Positions 14,560 through 28,321 of a DNA stretch of 64,000 nucleotides are shown piece after piece. Made by a program: the position numbers and the translations under genes. Location: the NCBI GenBank assembly GCA_951406725.2, contig OX597831.1:30380001-30444000 (forward strand), written 5' to 3'. Origin of the DNA: Octopus vulgaris (Eukaryota). The first letter of the stretch is position 1, and each line of letters opens with the position of its first letter. Below the pieces are notes generated by a model. It saw nothing but the letters and a program-made list of their open reading frames with translations. It was not told where the DNA came from and ran no database searches.

Positions 14560-15452
14560 TATTTTGTAGCATAGTAATAACGATGTATTGGTGCTTTTCT
14601 GTTTTTGCATGTGGTAAATGAAGGAACATTGTTCTCGTTTCTCATTCTGTCAACGTTTTTTTGATGTCCTGTACCCATATATGCATGTATATATACATAT
14701 AGATGTAGGTATGTACATATATGTATGCGTGCATGCATATATTTATGTATTATTTATATTATTATATGATCGAAAACCACGCATCCTTTTCCAAGTAAGT
14801 TTTATCTTAATAATTACGATGCGCACTCTTATTCTATCTCTTTCCTGTCTATCTATCTCCCTCTCTTGTACTTCTTCTTTTCTGCTTTTCTCTCCCACTC
14901 TTTCCCTATTCTTCTCCTCTCCCCTCCACCGTTCCCCCTCTCTCTCACTCTTACTCCTTGACTCTCTCGTTGCTCACACGTGAATAACGACCATTCTCTC
15001 TTTCTTCCACTTCCTTCCTAAGACAAGACGTGCTTTTATCTGTCTCTTCTCAAAGCTCGTTCACCACTTCACATCGTCTTGGCTTAGCAGTCCTCACCGT
15101 TTGTTTTACTGTTTTGTTCTCACTGTCCTGTTTTTGTTACCACTTTCACTCTTCGCAAAAAGTCCCAAATTTTATTTAATTTGCTTTGCGGGAAGGACTG
15201 TTTGAACGAAGTCACGTCTTGTCCTTCAAAATGCAGAGTAAATAAAACAGGGAACAACTGATGAAGAGGAATATTCTTTATGTTGCATGTCACGTTTCTT
15301 TGTTTTTTCCGTTGTTCGAAAAAGGTTCGTTTTTTATATTTTTGTTTTTTATGTTCTAGTTACTCATTCTGTCCACATTTTTATGATGTCCTGTACCCTT
15401 ATTTGCATGTATATATACATATTTATGTAGTTGTGTACATATATGTATATAT

Positions 15453-15484
<32 letters not shown>

Positions 15485-15684
15485 TCTCTCCTTCTTTCTG
15501 TGTTTTTTTCTCTGTGTATCTTTCTGTTGAAGAGCGTAGGCTCGAAACGTTAAAGACTTGTTTCATTTATATTTCCTGAGCGCCATACTAATACAATTGT
15601 TTGTTTGTATTCCACCTGCCTTCGTCTTTTGTTTATTTCCGTAAACCTGCCTTCGTCTTTTGTCTATTTTCATAAAGCTTCCCG

Positions 15685-15690
<6 letters not shown>
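14560..15690 (+). mobile_element. PLE-like non-coding inserts with direct terminal repeats
   Basis: A ~100-bp direct repeat (cattctgtc...gatgtcctgtaccc...) occurs at ~14643 and ~15366. The adjacent 15480-15690 block is homologous to 11232-11395 (+) and ~49430-49550 (-) and carries a hammerhead-like motif. Confidence 0.5.
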
Positions 15691-15725
<35 letters not shown>

Positions 15726-16327
15726 TTTATTACCTGTCGGTATATATTATTTTCTACTCTAGGCACAAGGCCCGAAATTTTGGGGGGAGGTGGGGGCTAG
15801 TCGGTTAGATCGGCACCAGTACGCAGTTGGTACTTAATTTATCGACGCCGAAAGGATGAAAGGCAAAGTCGAAATTTGAACTCAGAAAGTAAAGATAGAC
15901 GAAATACCACTAAGCATTTCGCCCGGCGAGCTAACGTTTCTGCCAGCTCTCCGCCTTCCTGTTTCTTTATATTTCATGCATAATACTTTTATACATGTCT
16001 TGTTTTCAAATTTTGGTACATGGCCAGCAAGTTTGGGTAAGTGGGTAAGTCGATTATATCGACCCAGTGCTCAACTGTTACTTATTTACTTATTTTATTG
16101 AGCCCAAAAGGATCAGAGGCAAAGTGGACATTGGCGGAATTTGAACTCAGAATGTAAAAACGGACGAAATGCTGCTAAGAAACTTGTCCGGCTTGTTAAC
16201 GAACCTGTTAGCTTGCCGCCTCAATACATACATACATATATTACATACGTACTTACATGCTTATATATATATATATATAAGCATGTAAGTACGTATGTAA
16301 TATATGTATGTATGTATTGAGGCGGCA

Positions 16328-16407
<80 letters not shown>

Positions 16408-16415
16408 CTTTTCCT

Positions 16416-16448
16416 ATGTTTCTGACGAAGAGCTCCGCTCGAAACGTA
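16416..16448 (+). ncRNA. Truncated minimal hammerhead motif between two (TA)n tracts
   Basis: CUGACGA-A-GAGC(UCC)GCUC-GAAA-CG-UA, then directly (TA)n; the 3' arm of helix I is missing. Confidence 0.5.
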
Positions 16449-16900
16449 TATATATATATACATACATATATACAATGTGAATGTGGACGAGTGTGTATGT
16501 GAATTTGGGTGCGTGTTGGTGAGCTTGAGTAAGTGTCGTTGTGTGTATATCCGTGCATCTGTGTGCACGTGCGTGTGCTCTAACGATGAGGTGTCTTTTG
16601 TAGAATCAACTGAACTACCAGGTCCATTGAATTAGCGTTTAAGCGAATGACCATTCTATCGACGTTATTCTCGAGCCGAAGCCGCATGAGACTGTGACAA
16701 GTCTATCCTGTTTCAATTACAGGCGTAAACTCGTCCTCCAGGCTTCAACAAAGTCTCTGTCAATCTAATGTCCTGGAATGATTCAGTCAAACTGAGGCAA
16801 CTGTGAAGGGTACATGCCAAGCTACCACACATGGTGAACGAAATCGGGATCTTATATTTGCGATCTTATATCAACAACATAATTTTACATATTTGCAAGC

Positions 16901-16934
<34 letters not shown>

Positions 16935-16981
16935 TTATCTATCTGTATACGTGTGTATGCATACGTCTATTTGTATGGATC

Positions 16982-17036
<55 letters not shown>

Positions 17037-17211
17037 ACGCACGCATGTATGCACGCACTCAAGCATCCGTTGATACATACAATAGACACACATACATTAC
17101 GCAGAAGGACGTTCAAGAAACACGAAAGCTACTATTCAGCGATTCTCTATTAGCTTCCATTAACACCTGATAAAGCAATATACTCAGTACTGCTTATGTG
17201 TGTATGTGTGT

Positions 17212-17273
<62 letters not shown>

Positions 17274-17947
17274 GAGTGTGAATATATGTGTGTGTACGTG
17301 TGAATAAGCGTGCGGCTTCGCGCAGATGCGTGAGATTATTTGTTTACGCGTGCGTGTATGTCGATCGGAAGGCGTTTTAATGTAATTATCAATTATATAT
17401 ATAGACGTCCCCCATTTCTCAGAATATATATATATATTGAATACATATTCCTGTACTCACGCATACCTTTACAATATATTGTACAAAATACAGCTCTCAC
17501 ATACATTGGTGCGCAAATCATTAGCACGGAACACGCGCTATGTATTACCAGTGTACACCTCCGTCACTTCTCTATCGTTAATGATAGAGTAGTCACTGCC
17601 CACGATTTACATGTTTGTGAACACCACACATCCGCCTACAAACAACACGCTCTAGACCTGCCCACTAGCTCAACTTAATTCGAAAATACATATTATCTTT
17701 GCCAATATACATGCACCACTACTACTACTTCCTAAGCTATAGCTCCAATTAATCGACAGTCTTGGCGACAAATGAAGCTAATTCTTTCATTTAGTGTTTT
17801 TTTTTTTTTTTTTACCGTAGCACGAAAATCAAGTTATATGAAAATAAATTTAATTATATTTTTCTTTAGATTAAGCGCGACAAAGAGTCTACAGTTTTTA
17901 GAGATGGGTGAGGAGGATGTTGCAACATAAGTACATATATTGTATTG

Positions 17948-18309
17948 GAGTGGAAGCACTCCGTCGGTTACGACGACGAGGGTTCCTGCTCGTGAAATTA
18001 ACGTGTAAGTGGCTGAGCACTCCACAGACACGTGTACCCTTAACGTAGTTCTCGGGGATATTCAGCGTGACACAGAGAGTGACAAGGCCGGCCCTTTGAA
18101 ATACAGGTACAACAGAAACAGGAAGTAAGAGTGAGAGAAAGTTGTGGTGAAAGAGTACAGCAGGGATCACCACCATCCCCTACCGGAGCCTCGTGGAGCT
18201 TTAGGTGTTTTCGCTCAATAAACACTCACAACGCCCGGTCTGGGAATCGAAACCGCGATCCTATGGCCGCGAGTCCGCTGCCCTAACCACTGGGCCATTG
18301 CGCCTCCAC
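17948..18309 (-). mobile_element. SINE family A
   Basis: TSD atattgtatt. Other copies: 63462-63613 (-, partial), and older related copies at ~3468-3750 (-) and ~46465-46790 (+). Confidence 0.9.
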
Positions 18310-18730
18310 ATATTGTATTAACAATAGTCTGTTAATATTATTTTCCGGCAGAAGGCGGTGAGCTAAGAGAATCGTCAGCTCGCTGGGCTAAATAAATGTT
18401 TAGCAGTATTTCGTCCGTCTTTAAATTCTGAGTTCTAATTCCGCCGGGTCGACTTTACCTTTTATCATTTCAGGGTCGATGAAATTAGTGCCAGTGAAAC
18501 ACTGGGGTCTACGTAATCAACTAGTCTCCTCCCACAAAATTTCAGGACTTGTGCCTATATTAGATACTTGTCAAACGTTCGTATCCGTCTATCAGTCGGG
18601 TAGAGGCTCCATTTGATATTCTATTTTTTCGTTACTTTATATTATTTACGCATATTATGAAAATACCCTCTATCCCTTGTCTTTGTATCATCCACAATGT
18701 TATTTTCTGGATTTTGTGGCAAATAAAGAA

Positions 18731-18856
<126 letters not shown>

Positions 18857-19062
18857 GAGTGAGAGAGCAGTGCGCGCCATCAAAGTGACACTGGTATAAA
18901 ATTATACGTCTGATAAGGGTACACCACGCACACGCATCACAACCATATGTGCCCGACATGGTGATCGCATATTAAAACAAACAGCGCATGACCTTGCAGG
19001 TGGGACACCCAGTTCGAATTTTCTTCAGGGTGAGTAGCCCATTATTATTATCATTATTATTA

Positions 19063-19106
<44 letters not shown>

Positions 19107-19557
19107 GTTATTGTCAGAACTGTTAGCGCGACGAACAAATGCTAAGCAGCATTTCTTTCACATCGGGATTTCAACTTCTGATTCCGTCGTGCTCGCCAGA
19201 TCTGATAAAAATCCTTGGAACCTTGGATCCGAAGAAGAAGAAGAAGAAAAAGAAGACAACAACAGCAACAACCCATGAGGTATCAATAAAACGATGATAA
19301 CAACAATATTGTTACCGTGGCAACAGAAGGTAGACGTAAGGACAAAAGCAATAATAATAATACCTTCGAAGGATAGCTGCAAAGGGTCTAAAATAAACGG
19401 TTTGGCTACAGTTAAATGTGTTTCTATCCATATATTAAACACCATGCCGTTTTCAATACTCGGAATTCCCAAAATTTCATTGCCACGGATATAGTTGTAG
19501 AAGAAGAAGAAGAAGAAGAAGAAGAAGAAGAAGAAGAAGAAGAAGAAGAAGAAGAAG

Positions 19558-19589
<32 letters not shown>

Positions 19590-19795
19590 GAAGAAGAAGA
19601 AGAAGAAGAAGAAGAAGAAGATTGCAATGGAACAAGTTATCGTCTGTCGGCAGATATTTGGAGGACATATTTTTACATATATTGCATATCTTATTAAACA
19701 ATGGGGTGAGCACGATTTCAAATGCTCTTGAGCATAGTATCTGCTTGATCAGAAATGATCAAGGTTAAAGAAGAGCAACAAGTTTGTGATCTGTA

Positions 19796-20140
19796 AGGGT
19801 AAAGACCCCCTTCGGTCATGAATAACCATGGGATTGCACCTAGAAAGTTACCCTTCTAGACACAAGTCCGGGCAAGGTTGTTTATGGAAGACCAGCAGTC
19901 GCCCATGCATACCAGCCTCCCCTCTGCACGCCACCAGTGTTATCCAAGGGAAAGACAAAGGTCGATACAGCTGGGCACCTGTGACGTCGCAACTCATATC
20001 TACAGCTGAGTGAGCTGGAGCAACGTGAAATAAAGTGCCTTGCTCAAGAACACAACACCCAGCCCGGTCCGGGATTCGAGCTCACAACCTCACGATCATA
20101 AGCTCGACGCTCTAACCACTGAGCCATGCGCCTTCACGCA
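19796..20140 (-). mobile_element. tRNA-derived SINE family B
   Basis: Head gtgaaggcgcatggctcagtggttagagcg with B box; 11-bp TSD tgtgatctgta. Confidence 0.9.
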
Positions 20141-21067
20141 TGTGATCTGTACAGCGTGTCATAAATAAGAACTTGTGACATTTTAGTAATAGTTAAACAC
20201 ACGGATTTCGGCAAGGAAAGCTTAACGGACAAGATTTTTGTTTCATTTCGAACTGAACTGACGACGTCTGTTATAAATAAATAACAGAATGTCGATAGGT
20301 CTAAAGGAAAAAAAAGTTCGAATAGGACCCATGAGATTTAATAAGAACTTAGCGATGTATTATAATAAAGTTAAGAGTGGTTAATGGGCAAGTAAAAAGA
20401 GGACTTTGTAAGCAGCATAATGGTCGAAGTACAAATGATGAGAAACTATTTTTCTCTACGATGCTTCTACTATTCTAACTGCAGCAGGAAAATCTAATCA
20501 ATGTAAGAATAATGTTTTAACCATACACGTTTCATTATGCAACAGTACCTGATAATTCTTACTTTATCTTGCTGTTCAGTTCCCACGTTGTCAGCAGAGT
20601 TTTCACATCATCTCTCATTGGTTCAGTGTTTGAGTGTTTCATTATTGCATGAAAATGTAATTAAACTATAATACGGCCCACAGCAACACTTTCCTTATCA
20701 CTATTACCACTAAGAATTCTATCGTTTCTATCTCTTGAAAAACTAAACAAAAACAAACAAAAAAAACCCCTCTTTTTTATCCACAACATAACGAAATATG
20801 CTCTTGAATATCAGAATATAACAGATGTACTGCTGTTATATATATATATTCGGTACATAATGTTTAAGCTTATACGCTGAAAGAAAATATTTGTGGTGTG
20901 AAGAGAGCAAACGCAAACAATCTGTAGAGCCACTCATAATCATATTATGACAACCTTAGAAATCTGAAGACATTTACAATACTTTCCTATAAAGGTTGCT
21001 CATAATGTGAAGTGGCTTGGAGTGTTAGTGTGCATTGTACAATGTAGTATTTGAGTTGAGTTCTTAC

Positions 21068-21195
21068 CAAATGGCATCAATCATATCCAGTCCCATTTCC
21101 ACGCAGCACTTGGCGTGGTCTGGCCTGGCTTCCGGCAGTCCGCTCACACAGTAATAGCAATCACCTAGGATTTTGATGCGTAGGCAGTTGTTGTT
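21068..21195 (-). CDS. ADCY1: Adenylyl cyclase exon (C1a, second metal-binding Asp); absent from the ORF track
   Basis: 128 nt, phase 0/2, acceptor ctctttacag and donor gtaaga. My translation is [42 protein letters not shown], containing the IKILGDCYY motif. Confidence 0.96.
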
Positions 21196-21234
21196 CTGTA
21201 AAGAGAAGTAAACAACGAGAGAATAAGTGTGTCT

Positions 21235-21295
<61 letters not shown>

Positions 21296-21711
21296 AGAAG
21301 GAGGTAGAGAGCAGCGATACAAGCTGATTTCTTAAAAAATATGGTTACAATATAAATACAATCACTGCAGTAAAATCAACATTAGGTATCACCGTAACAC
21401 GTCGTGCCGCCATGTTTGTTAACAATCAGTTTCTCTATAACTAAAAGCTGACACTTCATTTCTGCTTATCCCTCAGCATAGTATTTAACGACCCATTTCA
21501 ATTTATTATTGCTCATGATTCAGTTTGACCAAGTTAATTAGTGCTCATAATCATTGTTGTTTAGCGAGAATTTGTGTTAGTAAGGTGTTAAATGCATCAG
21601 AGGCCAGATTGTAGCGAAGGGGAAATATTCGGGGAAAGAGAGATTTGAAGAGAAGCAGTCATAGTGAGTATCGTTGAAGGAGACTAATTTGTATCTGTTT
21701 TAGGGATTAGT

Positions 21712-21780
<69 letters not shown>

Positions 21781-21800
21781 CATATATATATATATATATA

Positions 21801-21965
21801 TAAACATATTAAGTGGTTTCCATCATAGGAATCCCTTACGCTAGAAGCAACAGCTAAAGTGCAAACCACTAATTAGGGATAAATTAGGGATAATTAGGGG
21901 TTTGGATTTTAGCTGTTCTTTCTAGCGTAAGGGATTCCTATGATGGAAATCTCTTAATATGTTTA
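21801..21965. repeat. ~75-bp-arm palindrome next to (TA)n (PLE-type inverted end or small foldback)
   Basis: aaacatattaag...ctaatta and its reverse complement differ at about 7 positions; 15-nt spacer. Confidence 0.8.
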
Positions 21966-22077
21966 AATGTACACTGTATTTCATATGAATAATAATAATC
22001 TATTGACTAATTTTTCTATACGGTAGGCCGCTGGTAGTAAACATTTCTAAAATTTTTATTACCCTGATATTATTAAT

Positions 22078-22148
<71 letters not shown>

Positions 22149-22685
22149 TAGAGATCGTCAGAAGTTCCAAGAACCATGAAAGAGATAAGCTTAAGGTATT
22201 ATAGTAAACGCAGTAAAACTTTAGTAGAAATTTAGTAATAGTAAATGTACCGCAACTCTGTTAGTTGTTACTTGTAGTGGAGATCTTGTGTGATTCACTT
22301 AAACTGAGAGTAATGCTGTTGGGAATCTGGTATGACTGGTAGAGTCGGTCGTGGCGGCAAGTTTAAACAGGAAAAACTAGGTTAAACACAACCCCCCGAG
22401 CTTCAATGTTTCAACGACAAAATAAGCAACTGATTTTTACTTTTGAACTGTTGGAGGAGGCTACAGTCGGATCATTACCAGTCTGTTGTAATCTCTTCAT
22501 TTTGCACTGCCTGTTTCATTCGATATATGTTGTAGAGCAACTTTTGAATATAAAAGAGGATACAGCAATACCGTGGACAAGTGTGTGAACAAGTAATTAT
22601 GAGTGAAGGATAAATCGTATTTTATACAAAGCTAGTAGCTTTGACGTATGATATTAGGAGTTCAGCCCGTAGCCATTCCGTATTT

Positions 22686-23530
22686 ACGAGAATTGGCTGA
22701 AAATTTCATAGGTTGAGCAAATATACTCTCATTGAATGTGACCAAATGAGGTTTATTTTTCAACACAATCAACACAATTCTTACATCGGTGTTGCAGTGA
22801 TTGGATCCCATCGATGAAGAAATTTTCAACTTGTTGGTCAAAAAGCCATGAACAGCATGTATGAAGTCATCATCACTGCGATACTGGGTGACCAGCAAAT
22901 TGTTTTTTCATGTTAGGGAACATATCACGGTCAGACGGTTTATTCACAGAATACTGTATGGGGATACGTTATTTCCTCAATTCTTAACGTACATTTTATC
23001 ATTTTACTATTAATAACTGCATTGTTTCTCTCCGAGTAAACTCACATCTGACAGTACAAAGAAGACTTGTCAGACGGGGCCAAACCAGAAGAAAATAGAG
23101 GTTGATCAATCAGTTCAGAGACACAGTCATGCACAGCAACCATTGAACCGAAGGACTTGTGTGGTGGAACATTGTCCTGATGAAAGAAAACTTCTTTCAT
23201 CACCATGTGGTGAATACGATCAATACTTTCCTCGGTGGTGACAGCTGCAGGACGTCTAGCCCTTGGATCATCTTCAAGTCTCTCCTTTCCCCTCCTAAAT
23301 TCAGCTACCCACTTTTACATTGTTGATAAATCTGGAGCGTCATTCCCTAACGTATGAAGCATGTCAACATGAATGTCCTTGGGGGACAAACTCTTTTATG
23401 GAAGGTACTTGACAACACCACGATGCCAAATTTCGTCGATTTTCAAGAGAAGTCGCTGCTAGTAACTTTTGAAGTCTTCTTTGTACAGTCAGATGTGAGT
23501 TTACTCGGAGAGAAACAATACAGTTATTAA
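22686..23530 (-). mobile_element. Internally deleted mariner transposon relic
   Basis: N-terminal WVAEFRRGKE.LEDDPR.RRP, then HQDNVPPHK...GLAPSD, then MFPNMKK...YRSDDD: mariner-type DD34D-region motifs with frameshifts. Confidence 0.85.
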
Positions 23531-24629
23531 TAGTAAAATGATAAAATGTAAGTTAAGAATTGAGGAAATACCGTATCTTCATACAGTATTCTGTGAATAA
23601 ACCAAACTGGGTCCAAATTGGAATAGAAACCGACACTGCCTACTCAACTGACCGGGTATTCGTCAGCCAGTTTACAAGCTTTATTTATCCGACGAGAAAA
23701 TATTCGTTTCTTTCCAACTACCTCCAAGAGAAAGTTGGGATGTGGATTAGAGTGAAGAAAAATGGCGGCCTCAGCTGTTTATGCTGAAATATCGATTATG
23801 TAATTTAAGAATGGTTATTCGGAAAATCTACTGTCTTTCTGATTTCCTGTAATGATACTTCACTTTTATTTAATTCATCAACAAAAGAGGATGTTGAGAA
23901 TCTAATATCAGTTAATCATTTGATTGTTACTGATAAACTGTAGCGTTGAACTGGTTAAAGTAGAATAGTTCAAGATCTTCAGATAATAATGAGCTTCACT
24001 TTCGGATTTTAGGATTAGGCTTTTCTGTAAGTTTGTGTTTCTTGTTAAATTCCACACAGCAACATCACTTGTGATGCAAACCAGTTAACAGTACATTTCC
24101 CTGCTTTGCCAAAAATAGAATCAACAATCAATTATGGGCAGTTTTGCCCAAACTTAGTGCCGTAACCAACAGAATATAATCAAAATAAGCTATTTTCTAG
24201 TGGAATACTCTCTTTTACTCTCTTTTACTTGTTTCAGTCATTTGACTGTGGCCATGCTCGAGCACCGCCTTTTTGTCGAGCAAATCGACCCCAGGACTTA
24301 TTCTTTGTAAGCCTAGTACTTATTCTATCGGTCACTTTTGCCGAACCGCTAAGTTACGGGGACGTAAACACACCAGCATCGGTTGTCAATCGATGTTGGG
24401 GGGGGGGGGGGAAACAGACACACAAACACACACACATACGTATACATATATACGACGGGCTTCTTTCAGTTTCCGTCTACCAAATTCACTCACAAGGCTT
24501 TGGTCGGCCCGAGGCTATAGTAGAAGACACTTGCCCAAGGTGCCACGCAGCGGGACTGAACCCGGAACCATGTGGTTCGTAAGCAAGCTACTTACCACAC
24601 AGCCACTCCTACTCATTAACGGATAGCTT

Positions 24630-25085
24630 AGAATTTTCTTAAATTGTTGGGTCTGGAGGATGAGACAGTGCCCATAGACATCGTCGGTCCTCGGAGACTG
24701 GTGAAATTGATTTCGTTCATGTTCAGCTCGAACCATTGCAAGTCAACACCAGCCGTAAATTTTCATAGGAAAAGAAAAAGTTCTAGCGGGTTGATATTCT
24801 GGCAAGGAAGGGAAAGGAATGGTAATTTGTGTACATTCTTGAAGCTTGCACACAAGTGTAATAACGGAGAAGGAAGACGTGAATCAGGAATGTATGAGAA
24901 TGCCATGAGCTCCACCAGCACTGAAAGTAAGATGCTTTGGAGTACTGGTGGAAATGGCAGAAGGAGAAGACAGTATGGTAGGCAGTATTCATGACCCACT
25001 GCACTGCCTCCGGGGCTGCTGGGAGAGCAGAAGGAAGGTATCCTCAAACCGGAACACAATCTCGGACGCAATGCCAAATGGTGGC
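24630..25085 (-). mobile_element. CR1/L2-like LINE 3' fragment, degenerate
   Basis: GC-richer block whose minus strand resembles the post-RT C-terminal region of CR1/L2-group ORF2, with frameshifts. Confidence 0.45.
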
Positions 25086-26163
25086 ATTAAACCGGTCAAC
25101 GGACTAAGCCTTCTATGCAGGATTTGAACCTTGAATGACGTTCTTACAGTTCGACCATTTTGCCGTCATATATTGGTCTTTTTATCTATCCAGAAGGATG
25201 AAAGTCAAGTTTTGTTTTGGCGGTATTTGAACTCAGATCCTAGTGAATCGATACAAGATAACACGACGGTTTCTGCTCGACATTTGGGCGGAATTAGTTA
25301 AAAAAATTGTGCAAACCTCATATTGTGTCGTGAAGTAGACATGTGTGTGTGAGAGAGAAAGAGAGTGAGAAAGAGAAATTAAGTGAGTGAAGGTGTGTGT
25401 CGTGATGATTGATGTCTTTTAAGGTACACACACATATAGAAAATGTGACGTCACCATATAAAATGTTTACGATACTTGATTTATGGAAAAGATTATAATG
25501 TTAAATTTTTGAAAAGCAAATATGTGAATGAAAATTAAGTTTAATTTGTAGCCGAAATAGTACTGAATCTTTTGATACCCCATACGTAAAACTCTGTTAC
25601 TCGGTTTTGGAATGCATAAGGAATATATAATAGATATATATAGGACAGACTTCTTTCAAACTCAGAGTATCATCTCACGTTACAATAGAGACGTAATACT
25701 GAAATAGTATAAGAGATAACAGATTGCTCTGCGCTCGCATTAGGCAGGAAGTTGGAAATTTATTTCGCCCATGACACTGCATGGACCTTGACTTTTGTAT
25801 TTGACAATTGTTGCTTTAAGAAATTTATTTCGATTTTATGTATATATGTATGTATATATATATGTATGAGCCAATGAGGGAGACCTCTACATGGTAGATA
25901 GACCTGGTAGAAATAGCAGCCAAATCTCCCTCAAAATACCCTACTGTCTTAATCCGACAATTCTGCCTATTATATAGTTTGAATGAGAAACTGTAACTAA
26001 ATATTAAGATTATTAACCCCAAACTTGGACGGTGTTAAGTAGTGGAGATGTTTGGTGATTGTATGTGGCGGTTACTTTTGACTGTTTCTTCTCAAATAAG
26101 GATAATTGATTGATAACGAATCTTAACACAATATATATACAACTTCAAGTGGAATCGGACATC

Positions 26164-26212
<49 letters not shown>

Positions 26213-26511
26213 AGAGAGACAGCATAGCGACGGTTTTGGCTGACTCATTCTGTACTCCCCTTGTTGCTAGCGAAATAGTTATGTACCGGCCGTCTGAGCA
26301 AACATGTTGCTTTTAATGGCGGAACAAACAGGACAAGAAGATTACAAAAATAGCGATTCTCACTTTGAAAGTAACAATTTTGATAATCATTTTAGATTAC
26401 GGAACGCCCCGCTCTCAAACGTATCCATGTTTAAAATTTCAGCGCGATCGGATGATCCACACTTGAGTTAATAAGCGCACACACAAACAGACAGACAGAA
26501 AGGATTTTATG

Positions 26512-26565
<54 letters not shown>

Positions 26566-28321
26566 GTATATATGTGTGTGCATGTGTACGTATGTGCGCG
26601 CCCACGTGTATTTGCATCTCACCACCGTTCGACAACTGGTGTCTGTTTATGTACCTGAAACGCAGCAGTTCGGCAAAAAGTGACTGATACAATTGGAGCG
26701 AGACTTTAAGAAAAAAAATAGTCGATTCATTCGACTAAAAATACTTCCATCCGATGCTCCAGCATAGCCCCAATCAAACAACTGAAACAAGTAACAGATG
26801 AAGACTCACACACACACACACGCATACATTCTTCGTTTTCAGTTATATATGTGTGTGTGTGTATGTTTATGTCTCTGTGTGTGTGTGTGTGCGTGTGTGT
26901 GCTTAGCCGAATTAATACGTGTTCGAAAAATGGAAATTTGATTTGGAGGCAAAAGTCAGCAGTGGTTTTCGTGTCACGTGTTTATGGCCTGTATTGACCT
27001 CAGTAGCACACCATTCTCCTTTTCGCTTCCAGATAGATATAGACAAGTTAACATATACAAAAACCTAGTAATACAATACTGACAAGAGTAATTCGTATAA
27101 CTACATCTTAAAGAATTTAAAGAGGCGAGTAACATGAATTTAAATAAAGAATTCGATGGGTTGTACTAAGTGCCAAAAGGGATAAATTCTGCAATTTTCA
27201 AATGGATTATTAAAAATTAAATTTAGTAAACGTTAAGAAATTCAAAAGAATCATCGCCTAATCATTGGCTCTAATAATACAGGCTATACTTCTTATTCTA
27301 AATTTAATCGCTTTTTAAATCCAACTTAATGAATGGCAAGAACCAAATTGGTTAGACAAAAATTGTGATGAGAATTTAAGAAGTAAAAGAAATGAAAATA
27401 ACTTCCTTGTTAAGCAGAGGTTTTCACTCTAAGGAATGTACTACACAGATGTTATTAGCTTGTATTCAAATTAAAGGGCGGAACAGCTCCCTTTATTCCT
27501 TAGATATTACGATGAATTTTTCAGTTGGATTGTGATCTCTTTACTTCGACTTCTACAGATTTCACGAATATTTCTAAAGAATATTGATCAGAAATTTTTG
27601 AAAAGCGGTAGGAATAATCTGCAATACACTTCAATATTTTTTCCAAATAATCAGAAAAAAAAAAGATAATAGCGAAAAATTAATTGGACGTTGGATAGAA
27701 GTAAATGTTATTCACAATTTCCAGCATTTGGTTACAAAGTATTCCCAGTGTCTATTGAGATTAGTCAAGAGCGATTTAATTGCTATTTTTTATATTCTTT
27801 AATTTATTATTCTTGTAATATTTGGAAAAAATAATAGTAATATCGATTTCGAAAAACGAAAAAAAGAACGAAAAGAAAAGAAAGTGAATGAATTGATTTA
27901 CTTTTTATTCAGGACGATTTATTATTAATTTTCATTAGAGAAATAACTACTTTGATTAAATTTGAAAATAAAATGATTGGTTAGCATAAAGCAAAATGTA
28001 TTGGCGAAATATTAAAGATTGTCTTTTATATTCTGCGGAGCGAAAGAATTTAATTCGGTTAACCAGAACTGCAGAAATAAAATACGTAAGATGGACACAA
28101 ATCTGCAAAACAATACCCACGAGAAATTCTTTACGCATATTTAATAAACAGTCGATAATATATTGTTTGGTAATACGTTGATTTAACACTGAGGTCGACG
28201 CTGATTATTTTCTCAACCATATTTAAGGATTTCATATTTTTAAGATGCTGAAAACGTGTGTCAATTGGTAACTTATTCATTCGTTCGTATTTCCTGTGAT
28301 ATTTATAAATAAACTACAACT

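Noticed and set aside
17898-18225. Repeated ORFs MVVIPAVLFHH / MFIERKHLK as a gene family
   Set aside because: Incidental frames within SINE family A copies.
27040-27760. Possible decayed transposase
   Set aside because: Coding-like composition but no motif I can identify.
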